A stretch of 64,000 bases of DNA from Trichinella spiralis (taxonomy: Eukaryota), in contig NW_003526940.1 in NCBI RefSeq assembly GCF_000181795.1, positions 761,570 to 825,569 of the forward strand. The letters run 5' to 3'. Below, piece by piece: positions 1 to 11,226 of the stretch; positions within the stretch are counted from its first letter, which is position 1; each line of letters opens with the position of its first letter. Below the pieces are notes generated by a model. The model did no database searches. It saw nothing but the letters and a program-made list of their open reading frames with translations, and had not been told where the DNA came from. The translations under genes were made by a program, and so were the position numbers.

Positions 1-1743
1 AACAAAATTGAATAGTATTACTAAAAAGTTGCATCATGCGTATGTGTCAAGTATACCTGCGTGTTCCAGCAACTGTCACCAAAGCCAAGCAAAAAACTGC
101 ACAAAATGGCCACATATTCACTAAGTAAAAAAGCAATAAATTCAATAAAAGCTGTCATAAATAAAAGTATTGTGGAAAATTTACTTGGGCAAAAAGTAGG
201 CAATATCATCGGTCGGTTGAAATGGAGACATAGATGGAATATAGAGGAAGATGAGAAAAAATGACAATACATTGACAACGGCGCCCAAAATAATCACCAC
301 AGGACGTCCCATCGATTCTATGGTCGAAATGATCAAACCGAATACCAAGCCACCTTAAAAATATTAAATTACAACAATAACAATACTTTAAAAACTGAAA
401 AAGATATTCAAAATGTATAACACTAAATCAATATTTCATATCCATCCATCATTCATATACTACCTAAACTTTCTCCAAGACCAACGAAAATAACATTTAA
501 AGCCAGAAGAACTTTCGTCGATACAGTGAACTGACGGGTAAATGTCAGACAAGTTCCATAAACACCGGACCAAAAGGTAAGCAAAATACCAGAATAAAGG
601 AATACTACCACCAAACAGATCATGTTGCCACTTTGCAACAATTTGAAAGTTCGAACTGAAAATGATAAGCATGTTTATTCTTCCTCAGCACAAACAAACA
701 AACAAACAAATACCAATCTCTTCAATGACAGTAAGCCGTTTTTTAACCATTGTCACAGCTACACTGTCAACACTGGGCGACTCTCGATCCGATTCATATT
801 CCAACAGACTCTCCAGCTGTTCTTCTGGTCGCATCTGCTTCAAAAGTGCGAACAGAGCCGTACCGACAACAGCCATGCAAGTGAACACAATGAATATCAG
901 CCGTACGGTATCGCTGGACAATTCGTTGGAACCATCACGAAATTGGGAATACAAAAACAGACCGCCCGTGGGCAAACTGTAACTTTTGAAACGGTGAACG
1001 ATCACTGTGAAACGATAAATATTCAATTTTGTCACCTCAGCTGAAAAATCGCCCAAACAATGGCCGCATTTTTCCCAACGGTTGCTTTATCCGACGCTAG
1101 AGTCAAGTAATTTCCTTGACCAACCCAGGCCACTTGGAAAAACAGAAAATATTCATTTCAAGGCAATTCAATTCAAAAACTTACAAGATGCACCGAAACC
1201 GAGAAATGCCGACGCTGCGTACAGCAGTTCCGTTCTCAAATATAGAAACGAAGCCAAAAATGTACTGAAAGAGAAAAATTCATCAAATCAATAAATACAT
1301 CTTTTCAAAATTGTATATTTTTTTACAGTTTACCTGTACGTAACACCACCAATCACCATTGACCATTTTGCGGATAACTTTTGCACAACAGGCGTTATGA
1401 ACAAATTGCACAACGTCAATACTGCATATATTATCGTCAAGCTTGAAAAGATATCCAGCACATAGCACTCGATGGATAGTATATGAGGAAACATTTTTGA
1501 TGATATTAAAAACATACCTGTAATAGCCGGCATGTTTGTCAATAGCGTGAGATGTGGAATTTTGGGCTTCAGCAGAATGAAGTATGGCTACCTGAAGTGA
1601 AAATTTGAACTGAATTGAATTGAACTGTTCCTTGATCAAAACTGTTCAAAAACCTCGATAACACTGCAACTCTGAAAAGCGGTCAAAATGAAATAAAATC
1701 CAAATCCGAGTTGAAAAATCGGCAGAAGAGGATGCTGAAACAT
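1..1743 (-). CDS. MFSD11: UNC-93-like MFS transporter (MFSD11 family), multi-exon, copy 1; 3' end runs off the window
   Basis: ATG at 1743. Spliced exons read MFQHPLLPIFQLGFGFYFILTAFQSCSVIE / VAILHS..HAGYYS / LTIIYAVLTLCNLFITPVVQKLSAKWSMVIGGVTY / ..LLTFWSGVYGTCL.. / FLLGFGDSCWNTQ, which are UNC-93/MFSD11 motifs. Introns checked are GT-AG. Confidence 0.88.
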
Positions 1744-1961
1744 GGCGACTATTCTGAATCGTGTGAAAAAAATCCACCTAGCCACATGGATCCTAAAAAT
1801 CATTTAAACAAAAAAAAATAAATCATTTAACAAACAAAAATGATAAAAGGACAAATTATCATCGGAAGGACACTTTTACAAAAGTTAGGCCTTGGAAAAA
1901 ATTACCAACATTATATTTAGTATTCATTTCTAGAAAAAAAGGTGTCTTTTCTGCTAGAGTA
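1..1961. repeat. Block near-identical to 34765-36727
   Basis: Direct comparison shows only scattered SNPs and small indels; the second copy ends at an N gap. Confidence 0.93.
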
Positions 1962-2779
1962 AAAGTAGAAGAGTTGAGAACATAACAACAACAAAAATTT
2001 TAAATGTGAAAATATGGTTCAAGAGAAATGCTAAAAATGAACACAGCCCTGAATAAGTTTCGATAACTGACAACGCATGATTCATCGTTTGCACAGACCG
2101 ACAAACCAATGATCATTGGAGCTGTTCGCAAAACGCAACCAACACACAAGCACGTGCGTGAATGACGATGAAGTTACAGATAAATGAAACTTTCCTTGAA
2201 ACTGGATTTTCAAAAACTTTTAAACTGAACGCAAACCAAATTCAATACAATTAATCAAAATGTACACCAACGGTGCGAATAAAATAATTTTCATGCCAAA
2301 TGTACGAAATTGTACAAAAAATCACATTACAACAAATGAACAACATCTGAAAACAAATTTGCATAAATACATTCACGAAAACCACTCACAATTCGGCAAT
2401 TTGATGAAAAAAATCAACTCGTTTTCTGATTGATTCAATCAATTTCGTCGAAATTCACCAAAATTGCGTCATATACACACGCTTGCTTAAAAACAAAAAA
2501 GCACAAAAGTTTGTAATTCGCAAATTCACAATTTAATATCTGCAAAATATGCTTCATTGCAGAATAAGAAAAAATTCAAACAACCTCTTCTCTCGTGTAA
2601 AATTTAAATATAATTTAAGCTGAACATAAGAAAAAGAAAAAAGTAACACTGTTGAACAAAAATGCAAAATTTATTTTCAATTTATTTCACTTTTACAACA
2701 GTGTACACATTTGAAGTTGAGCTTCAGTTTACATAAAATCAAACTAAACAGTTGAACAAATAAAAAACGAACATTACGA

Positions 2780-5700
2780 CCAAAAGCTAGCATTGAAACA
2801 ATGAAAAGTTTCAAGTTTTATTGGAATAATAATACACATTTCATATTGTGATCAATTTAATAAGTAAAACTGATAAAAAACTAGTTTCACTACAAGAACA
2901 GAAACAAGTGAACAAATTCGTAAAATTAAAATCACCTAGAAGTGTCATCCTTCAAATTTCGTACACGTCAACCGCGCACTCATTTCACAAAAATAACTCT
3001 TTTACATGTTAGATAATTTTTACAGAATAATTAAACTTATTATTTTTTCATTCAAATAACAGAATAAAAATTAAAAACAACTAATTGAACACAATCACCA
3101 ACATACTGTATCTACAAAAATTTGTCACTAATGTAAACTTATTCGATTTCGCCAATGTTTGACATTTTTAGCTGGAATATTTGAATCTTATTTTCGAAAA
3201 GCATTAATTTTTGTCCACTGTCAAATATCGAAGCTTTTCAACAGTCATCAGCATCTGACTGATTTACGAAACGGTTAAAATGCAGCTCTTGCATTTTTTG
3301 TATCATTTCATTACGTTATTTGTGTTAAACATACTTCTGAGTAAAATCTGCTAATAAAGTTGATAATATTTTGAATGGCATGAATGATCTGTGAAATATT
3401 AAATTACAATGTTGAAAAATCAATGTTGTGCATTTATTACATAGAATTTAATTTTTTTCAGTGTATAATTTTACTCAATTACATTTAAAGTTCAAAAATT
3501 TTTTCATAATTTAATAATTCATTTAACAAATATTTTAAAAATGTAAAAATTGTGTGCGTTTTGAATGACTGGTTTTTTCATGAATGTTTTCTTGATAATA
3601 AACTCAATGTTTTTTATTTTAAATTACTGAAAATGAATATATTAAATTTTAATAACAATGAATGAGAGATATTTCATCAAATTTAAAGATTACGTAATCA
3701 ATTGTACTTAAAAGTCGAATACTGTAAGTACCGTAAAATTGTGATGATCAGTGACCAACTGACGGAATAGTCAATTTCTTGCATCGCATATCATTAACTG
3801 TTGTCTACGTGTATGGTAAAAATACATTGACATGGAGAAAATTAGCGCGATAAATTTGCTAACCATAATGCGTTGTAATTTACGACGGAAATAAGATGCA
3901 GCTAACGAGAATTCAAACTGCGAAAAATGAGAAGTCTACAATGGAACTAGATTTTTTTCAATTGGATGGAACAATTTATCATTTAATAAACAATTAATGA
4001 ATACTGTAACGAGCTAGTTCACAGCAGGGATTGAGTGAGTTCCACTTTTGAACGTTGACTTTTGCTGGTTAATTTTTCAATATGGGACGGACTATTGGCT
4101 TTTGAATGGCTTGACTGCACACTAAAATGCAGAAAAATACAGTCAATTAAATCTCAAAAACTGGATGTCACTAGTTTTGTTATTAGTAAAATTAGAAATT
4201 TTGAAAATGGTGGGGCATTAATGGGGAGGTTCACATAAGTGTGATAAATGAACGCCTGCATGCAGTTGGTGATTTATTAGCAAAGTAAATGTCAAGGCCC
4301 TGAAAATGAAATAAGTCAAATAAATAATTGTCTAACAAATAAACGTATGAATTTTAAATCAAACAGTGGAAACTGTACAAAACAGTTGTAAGACTGCTGT
4401 ATTTTAGCCGTAAGAAAAATATGGTCATTAAATCTTAAGCGAGAATGAAAGATTCAATTTGGAATATCATCGAATTGAAAATGCCGCAAGATGGTACAGT
4501 GAAAACTGTTTGTGTTTTATGACTCATTATTCAATTGTATAGCTCTGTTACTGTCTATTCATGCAGATAGGAAAACCTGCTATTATAGAATACAATGCAT
4601 GATTGAATAAATCCATCAATGTCCAGTAAAATGCCTTATTTAGAGAACAAGTTAAACGACATGTAAAATATATATATATTGTGCTAGTTTGTAAAGTTGG
4701 AGGAATATCATTTAGCACTGATAATCATAAAATCACCTAAAAATGAATGATGTATGTTGCGTAAAGTTTGCGGTTTAGATTCCGTGTAGCGCATATTGTT
4801 CCCAGTTGATTGTGGTATTACTCAAAAAACAAAGAAAGGTAAATAAACATTCAATAAAGACTTTACTATTATCTCTGAATCAATACTTTTGCATTCTTTA
4901 ATGCCCAGTTGATTTTTCAGATAATGCTTATTGCAGATAAAAGACTAAAAATTTGTAAATGCAATGAAAACTCGAACAGTTACTCCCATTTGAGAATGTG
5001 TGCAAACAGTTGATTAGTGGATGTTCAGAAATTGAACGCTAATGCTTCTTAGACAAAGTATTATTTTGAAAAAGTTGCTAAAAGAAGCATTCAAAACAAA
5101 GCAACATTGCAAATTGACTTTTGTATTGCAACAAGCTGAGCAGCTTATTTGGAGCGATAGCTTATAGCTTTCCAGAAATAATCAAGTTCACCGTCAACTG
5201 GCTCTGTTGGTAATGCATGGTAAATTGCAAGAGGGATAGGCAACGCACTACAAATCAATTCAAGCAACATTTTAAACTATGTTTTATGGATAAAAGCTTT
5301 TAATTATTAAATTAATTAACAGTGTGGCTTTCATAACAATTGTAATGTATTAATTAAAAAATTAAAAATACGAAAACAATTTTAAAAATTGTAATGGATG
5401 TTCAAAACTTTTTTACCAATTAACTCTCCATGCAGAAAATGTTTGACATCAAACGGGGAAAAACTGTAACCCTTGGGCAGAAACTCTGCTTCGGCAGCCA
5501 AAAAATACAATTTATCCGTTTCTTTTAGTTTTCCTTTGAATGGATTCATCTCCACATCCACAATTACAGATTCATTCGGTTGCAAGCAGCCATTTTGAGG
5601 ACTGATAAATATGACGCTGCTCACATTTTTGCTTAACATCCAAGCAAATGGAGCATCTGATGTATTTACAATGCGTATGTGGGTTTTTTGAGTGAACGCA

Positions 5701-6820
5701 AAAGGGGCATTGAAGCTGATTCGACTGCATGGTTGCAAGAGAAATTTTTTGCAACGCGCCGGTTGCTCACCAACATCTTCCTCATCAACTAAAACAAACG
5801 CCGAACTTTTTTTCTCTTCTGCTTCGTTAACATTTTCACTATCCTCTAAATAAGTAATAAGCAGCTGTTAAATTTTCACTGAACAAAAAAATTCTTTTTA
5901 AAAATATTTACTCATTTTCGGCATTTCAAACACTAGATGGATAAATATAAATTGCAGTTGAACGAATTCAAAAATATTTAAAGCGTCTACATTAAAATTT
6001 TAAACAAGAAACAGTTTACTTTAAAGTATCATTTGTTATAAAATTTCAGTTTTAAAATTATTTTGATTTAAAATTCATTTTGATTACAGTGAAACCAGTG
6101 TGAGGTGAACACCCTCCATGCAGAGAAATTTGTTAAACATGGACAGGTTTGCAACTTAAAGAGGTTTTAAAGATTTAGCTCCAAAAAAAGACAGTTTTAC
6201 TTTTCATAATAGCCAGTTCGTCAAAAATTAACGAATAAGCAACTTTTTTATTTGTCGTCATCTATAAAATAATCCAAAATATTAGATTAATGGCTGCGTT
6301 TCATGCGCTTTTATGCTTCCATTTCTTCCAGCATGGATTCAATTTTTAGAAGTTTTGGCGATAGATTAGGGTGCTTTTGAAATGAATATCGTTGTTATTT
6401 TCGTAACATTGTTATTGTTTCTGAATAAGTCAGTTTCTCATTAAAGGGATCCTCAATTTATTCAGAAAACACATCTTTGATGGCATTCGATTTTGAAAGC
6501 AACATTTCGACAATTTCATCAGCAGTTTTTTCTGTGCATTCATGTACATTAAGTTCATCGTCAATGGCACTGTAGTCTTGTGCATTTATTATATTGTCAG
6601 TAACGTGACGACGTTCTGAAACGTCCGTTTGTAGCGTATCCAATTCATTTTAATTCATTTACGCAAACGATGTTGTCATCCTGTTAAGTAATTGAATCTT
6701 CAGCGCTGCTTATGCCTGCAAGTTGAAAACATTTTATAATTACTTCCACATCAACATGATTCCACGACTGGCTGATCCAGTGAACTGAATTGAGACTGAA
6801 TTACATGCTTTTCCAGGCAT
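2780..6820. repeat. Block near-identical to 25868-29909
   Basis: About 4 kb of direct identity with few SNPs; the second copy has N gaps on both sides. Confidence 0.93.
5382..5924 (-). CDS. Major sperm protein (MSP) domain protein, 2 exons (5924-5912, 5845-5382), 158 aa, copy 1
   Basis: LQPCSRISFNAPF..THIRIVN..PQNGCLQPNE..KKVLNIHYNF matches nematode MSP (QPGTKIVFNAPY..HIKVIN..PPCGVLDPKE..RKNLPIEYNP). A phase-1 GT-AG intron joins MPKM to an acidic N-terminal extension. Confidence 0.85.
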
Positions 6821-7246
6821 GGTTAATAACTTTTGCGGTAGCTGCTTAAAGTAAAGTCCAGTCTCATCAGCGTTGAAGACATCCTTCAACGAATATCCCG
6901 CAACATCATTCATCACCTTAGACTTCCAGGTATAAATTACACTCGGTTCGACCGCAGCTGCTTTGCCCGAAATCATGCAAAATTTTATATTATGGCAACG
7001 CGTAAACATAACATGAATAATAGACAAAAAATAACGTCACAAATACCATGTGAGTCACCTGAATAAAATGTGTTCAAAATACACAGGTTTGAATTTAATG
7101 TATCAGCATGACGCATCCGTTCCACTTCTAAGTTACGCAGGTTTTACCTACACAGGAATACGCAAGTGATAAAAGATGTACTGTGGCAAGTGACATTCAA
7201 GAATTGATCAACTTAGCCAGGTTTACAGCTTACACAGGTTTCACCG
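6087..7246 (-). mobile_element. pogo/Tigger-like DNA transposon, internally deleted
   Basis: Imperfect TIRs (CAGTGAAACCAGTGTGAG at 6087; reverse complement CGGTGAAACCTGTGTAAG ending at 7246). TA on both flanks (6085-6086, 7247-7248). Transposase remnant YSLKDVFNADETGLYFKQLP. Confidence 0.88.
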
Positions 7247-8219
7247 TAATATCGACTTTAATTTTAATCAAAATTTTCCTTTTTACTCTTTCAGATTCAG
7301 CTAATAATTATAAATAATACTGGCTCATTTCATTTTTACTCTTTACATTTATATTACAGCATACAATATGCATACGTATATAATTCAGATCAATCATCAT
7401 AAAACACAACGTATTATATTATACATTTCAATCATATCATATCATTCATCATGCCATAGGATGAAAAGGCCATAGGCCATAGCCATACTTTCAATCAGAT
7501 GAAACACAAAATAAAGACAAATAATATAAAGCAATTGCGCACCTAACTCACCCACATGCCAGTATGGATTAGTTTTACTCTCACACTATATTATTAATAT
7601 TTAATTCGACGTCGCTCCTTCATTTTCATTTCTTTGCAATTATTGTTTCACTAAGCTATTCTTCGCTAAGCTGCACCTGTTACTGTCATCAATTCATGTT
7701 GCTTGATAACTGTCTATTATTTAGCCATGAGAATTTTCTGTCCAATAGACAAGATACAAGAAAACTGCTTTTATTCAAAATGTATTACAACATTTTTATT
7801 TTTAAACCATTATTTTCACTTTTTATTATCAGGATATCCTCATCCTGTTTGCTCGACATCCTTTTTTTGATTGGCTGTTCACTGATAGGCTATTCTACAT
7901 TCATCTCCAATTGGCGAATAATTTATGCTAATTCATTAGCTATTCAGGGGTGATCTGCAATTGCATGATGGTTGTTTATTTTTGTAGCTTTTTTATTTTT
8001 GTCAGTATTAACAGTTTTTCCCATTAGTTTAAGGTTTTTATCCTTTACCTAGGATAGTCTAACCGGGCTACATTTTTATAACTTTTCTCAATGATTGTTG
8101 AAAGCGGATTCTCATTGGTCATAATCAGATCAAAATTTTTACTGTAAATCTTCATCAATGCTAATTTATTCATTGTAAATAGAAGCAGTACTTTTCATTT
8201 CATAGGAAATAATGAATAC

Positions 8220-10029
8220 TGTAACGAAGCGTTGCGTAAACTGTGGCGTTGGCGTCGACTTGCTAGCGAGTTTAGTATTGCCGTGTGTACCCTTTTGCGT
8301 GTGTGTTTTCACTTTATATAGTTATTCCTAATAAAATGAATAAAAGCGTTGTTTCGTTAAATAAAAAATTGGTTTGTTGATAAAAGGAGTAATCGTTACA
8401 TTAGCGACGAGGATGAGTAACCCCGGGAAGGAAGAAGCTAGCAAAATATTGGAGATTGCTGTTCGTGGCAGGACGATAGCTATCCCAGAGCAGTACGGCG
8501 GTTCAAGCGATTGGGATGAATGGTTAGAACACTTCGAGGACGGCGCCGCTGTGAACGGCTAGGGTGAGGCAGAAAAATTGAAATGGCTACCACTTTCATT
8601 GAGCCAAAAGGTGAGAAGCACATTCTGCTAGTTACCACCTCCCACCCGATCTTCGTACCGAAGCTCCGTGACTTCTTTGAAAGAACGATTGGATCCCCTG
8701 AGCAACGCAGCCATCTATCGTGCTGAGTTGGAAAACCGAAAAAGGCGTGCGAAGAAATCATGGTCAGACATCGGTCGTTATATTCTACATCTGGTAGAAA
8801 AGGCGTACTTGACGCTGTCTGATGACGCCAAAGATGTCATTGGACTGGATAAATTTCTCAACACTTTGGACCGACCTGAACTGGTCCTGCTGGTGAAACA
8901 ACGGAACCCGAAGAACATAGAAGAAGCAATGCACGCGGCTCTAGAAGTGGAATCCTTCATGATAAGGCCAGGCCCTGGTTTACTGATCGGTACCACCAGC
9001 CAAACACCTTATAATGCAGATCCAGCGAAAAATGAGACATCAGCCGACATATCACGCTTAACCAGTTGCTTGGAACGCATGCAGCTGAGGTTGGAAGACA
9101 TCGAGCAGCGCACGCAGGCGTTTCAACCAAAGCAGCGACCGTCGAGGTGACTATGTGACAGAGAGAGCCGCGAATGGACAGCGACCAGAGCGGCGTACGT
9201 GTTACCGCTGCGGAAGGGTTGGACACCTCTCCTGAAAGTGCAGAAAACCGTTAAACTGAATCCCCCTCCATCGTTGGGTCAGGATGGCGGGGATGCAATC
9301 ACGACTCGAAAAGATCCGTACCATGGCAGTGACCTGATGGCAGTAGTAGGCAAGATCGACGGATGCCCAACAAATATATTGATAGATACTGGCTCAGCGG
9401 TTACGCTTGTGCAGGCAGGTATACCGTCTGAGTCATGACGTAACGGTAACTTGCTGGCGGCAGATGGCACGCATTTAACTGTAAGCGGGAAACGCCGGGC
9501 TAAACTTGAGATCAGCAATCAAGCATTTACCTATCCAGTGGTCACTGTGTAGAATCTTGCGCAGCAAGCACTTCTTGGCCGAGATTTCCTTCGACGATTC
9601 GGCTGCACGCTGAACATAGCAGACGCGGTGCTGCAAATCGATGGGAAAAGTGTTCAGTTGGTAGAGGCGACCACAGCCAGGAGTAAGGTCGATGTCATCA
9701 TTGAAAAAGACGTCACTTTGGCCTCTTTCACAGAGTGTTGTGTCATGGCCAGAACAACCTCTGGTTACAACTGCCATGGACCATGGTTGTTGGAGCAACG
9801 ACCTAAAGGTAGACTACCGGTGGCCATTGCTAGAGCCGTGGTTCATCCCAGGGAAGGGTGCGTACCGGTCCAACTGCTGAATCCGTCTGGAGATAGGATA
9901 ACTATCCATCAGAGAAAGGATGTGGTGACAATTGAAGCCGTTGACCCACTTCCTTTGGGAAGATCCCCAAAAACACACACAGCAGTACTAAATTCGCTAG
10001 CACGTCGACGCCAACGTCACTTCATGCAA
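8220..10029 (+). mobile_element. Truncated Ty3/Gypsy LTR retrotransposon (5' LTR, PBS, decayed gag and protease)
   Basis: LTR 8220-8400 bounded by TGTAACG...CGTTACA, with AATAAA. It is followed by TTAGCGACGAGGATG, a degenerate tRNA-Ser type PBS. gag DWDEWLEHFE..; zinc knuckle CYRCGRVGHLS*KC near 9200; protease ILIDTGSAVTLV. Multiple stops and no RT. Confidence 0.85.
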
Positions 10030-10149
10030 ATCTCTTACTCTAGATTATTGATGTTTAGGTTACTGAGATCGTAATATTATTACAAAACTATATTTTTGAT
10101 ATAATCTTGGATCAATTTGCATGTACAAAGTATTATTAGAATAAGTCAA

Positions 10150-11012
10150 ATCACCAACTTCCAACAAAAAGCCCAAACTGGATAATCTTGTTAAAGCTTT
10201 CTTATGCATGCTATCCATCAAGATTGTTTAATCATTTTCCAAAGTATTCAAGATGATCCAGTACAATCAAATGATTCCTAAAATTAAAACCACCAGTCTA
10301 ATTTTAATAATTGAATTATCGGCACCACATACGCCTGAAAACAATGCAAGAAGTAGCTGTCGGTTGTTTCCTGAAGACAGATCTGCAATGCGATGCGCAT
10401 TTTCTCTGAGCACTTCTAAAACAGCCAAAATGACAAGTTGTGAAGAGATGGCAGAAGAACCATAATCCAAGTCGTAGAACGTTGTAAATGAATCGACCTG
10501 GTCGACCCAAGATTTAGTTTCTTGGTAAATGTAAAGAATTTTATTCGTACTAACTTTAAACATGAGCATAAATACGCTGTGATTTTTGGCCAATGTTTCT
10601 GATGATCGCTGAGGCGACATTTGTAGACGTTCCAATTTTGAATAGGCCAGCAAAAATAAACTGGAATTTGAAATATACGATTGAATGTTTTAAAAGTGAT
10701 AGAACAGTGCCTGAATCTCAGTTTGAGTGATAAAAATGTTGTCTATTTCATTTTTGCGTATGCATTGGTCTGCATCGTCAGCAGCCAATTTAAAATCAGT
10801 CAGCTCAGAAGCACAAAGTGGACATTTCACTGACTTTCCATAAGTTGCATAATTATAATTCATAAAACACTAAAATTATTAGCAGTAATGAATATTTGCA
10901 TTTACATTGAAAACAAAAAATAGCTTGTCAATCGATATTTTTATTCCAATTTCATTTACTACATGAAACGCTGGAATTTCCCAATAAAAAATTGAATTCC
11001 ACTGCCATATTT
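10150..11012 (-). pseudogene. Decayed coding-like sequence of unknown family, next to the Gypsy insertion
   Basis: 128-aa ORF at 10267-10653 plus a fragment KSVKCPLCASELTDFKLAADDADQC near 10760-10850. Stops interrupt the frame and I recognise no family. Confidence 0.3.
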
Positions 11013-11017
11013 ATTCC

Positions 11018-11226
11018 TGTTATATCCCCGAGTACGAGGCTATTCCGTAAGCTGATGCATAACAAGAACAGAAACAATAAACGTTTATTAGCCAATATCA
11101 AGCGAAAATGTACATGCTAAACTGAAGCGAGTTCAAACAATCTTTTATATACTTTTCGTCACTATATACTGTAGGTGTTCGGGTTCGGTGTATGGATGTT
11201 TCCGCCTGAGGCTCCATATCATAACA
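11018..11226 (-). repeat. 3' LTR of the Gypsy element
   Basis: TGTTAT...ATAACA termini; about 90% identical to 15421-15629. Confidence 0.93.

Noticed and set aside
622..1294. Plus-strand ORFs of 70-140 aa (and copies at 35389-36061)
   Set aside because: Antisense shadows of MFSD11 exons with no recognisable motifs.
2402..2430. TGATGA...CTGA resembling C/D snoRNA boxes
   Set aside because: The boxes are only about 25 nt apart with no terminal stem, too short for a snoRNA.
3995..4012. 18-bp match TAATGAATACTGTAACGA to the Gypsy LTR junction at 8210-8227
   Set aside because: Similarity stops immediately and no LTR end, PBS or TSD follows; cannot be separated from chance or a tiny remnant.
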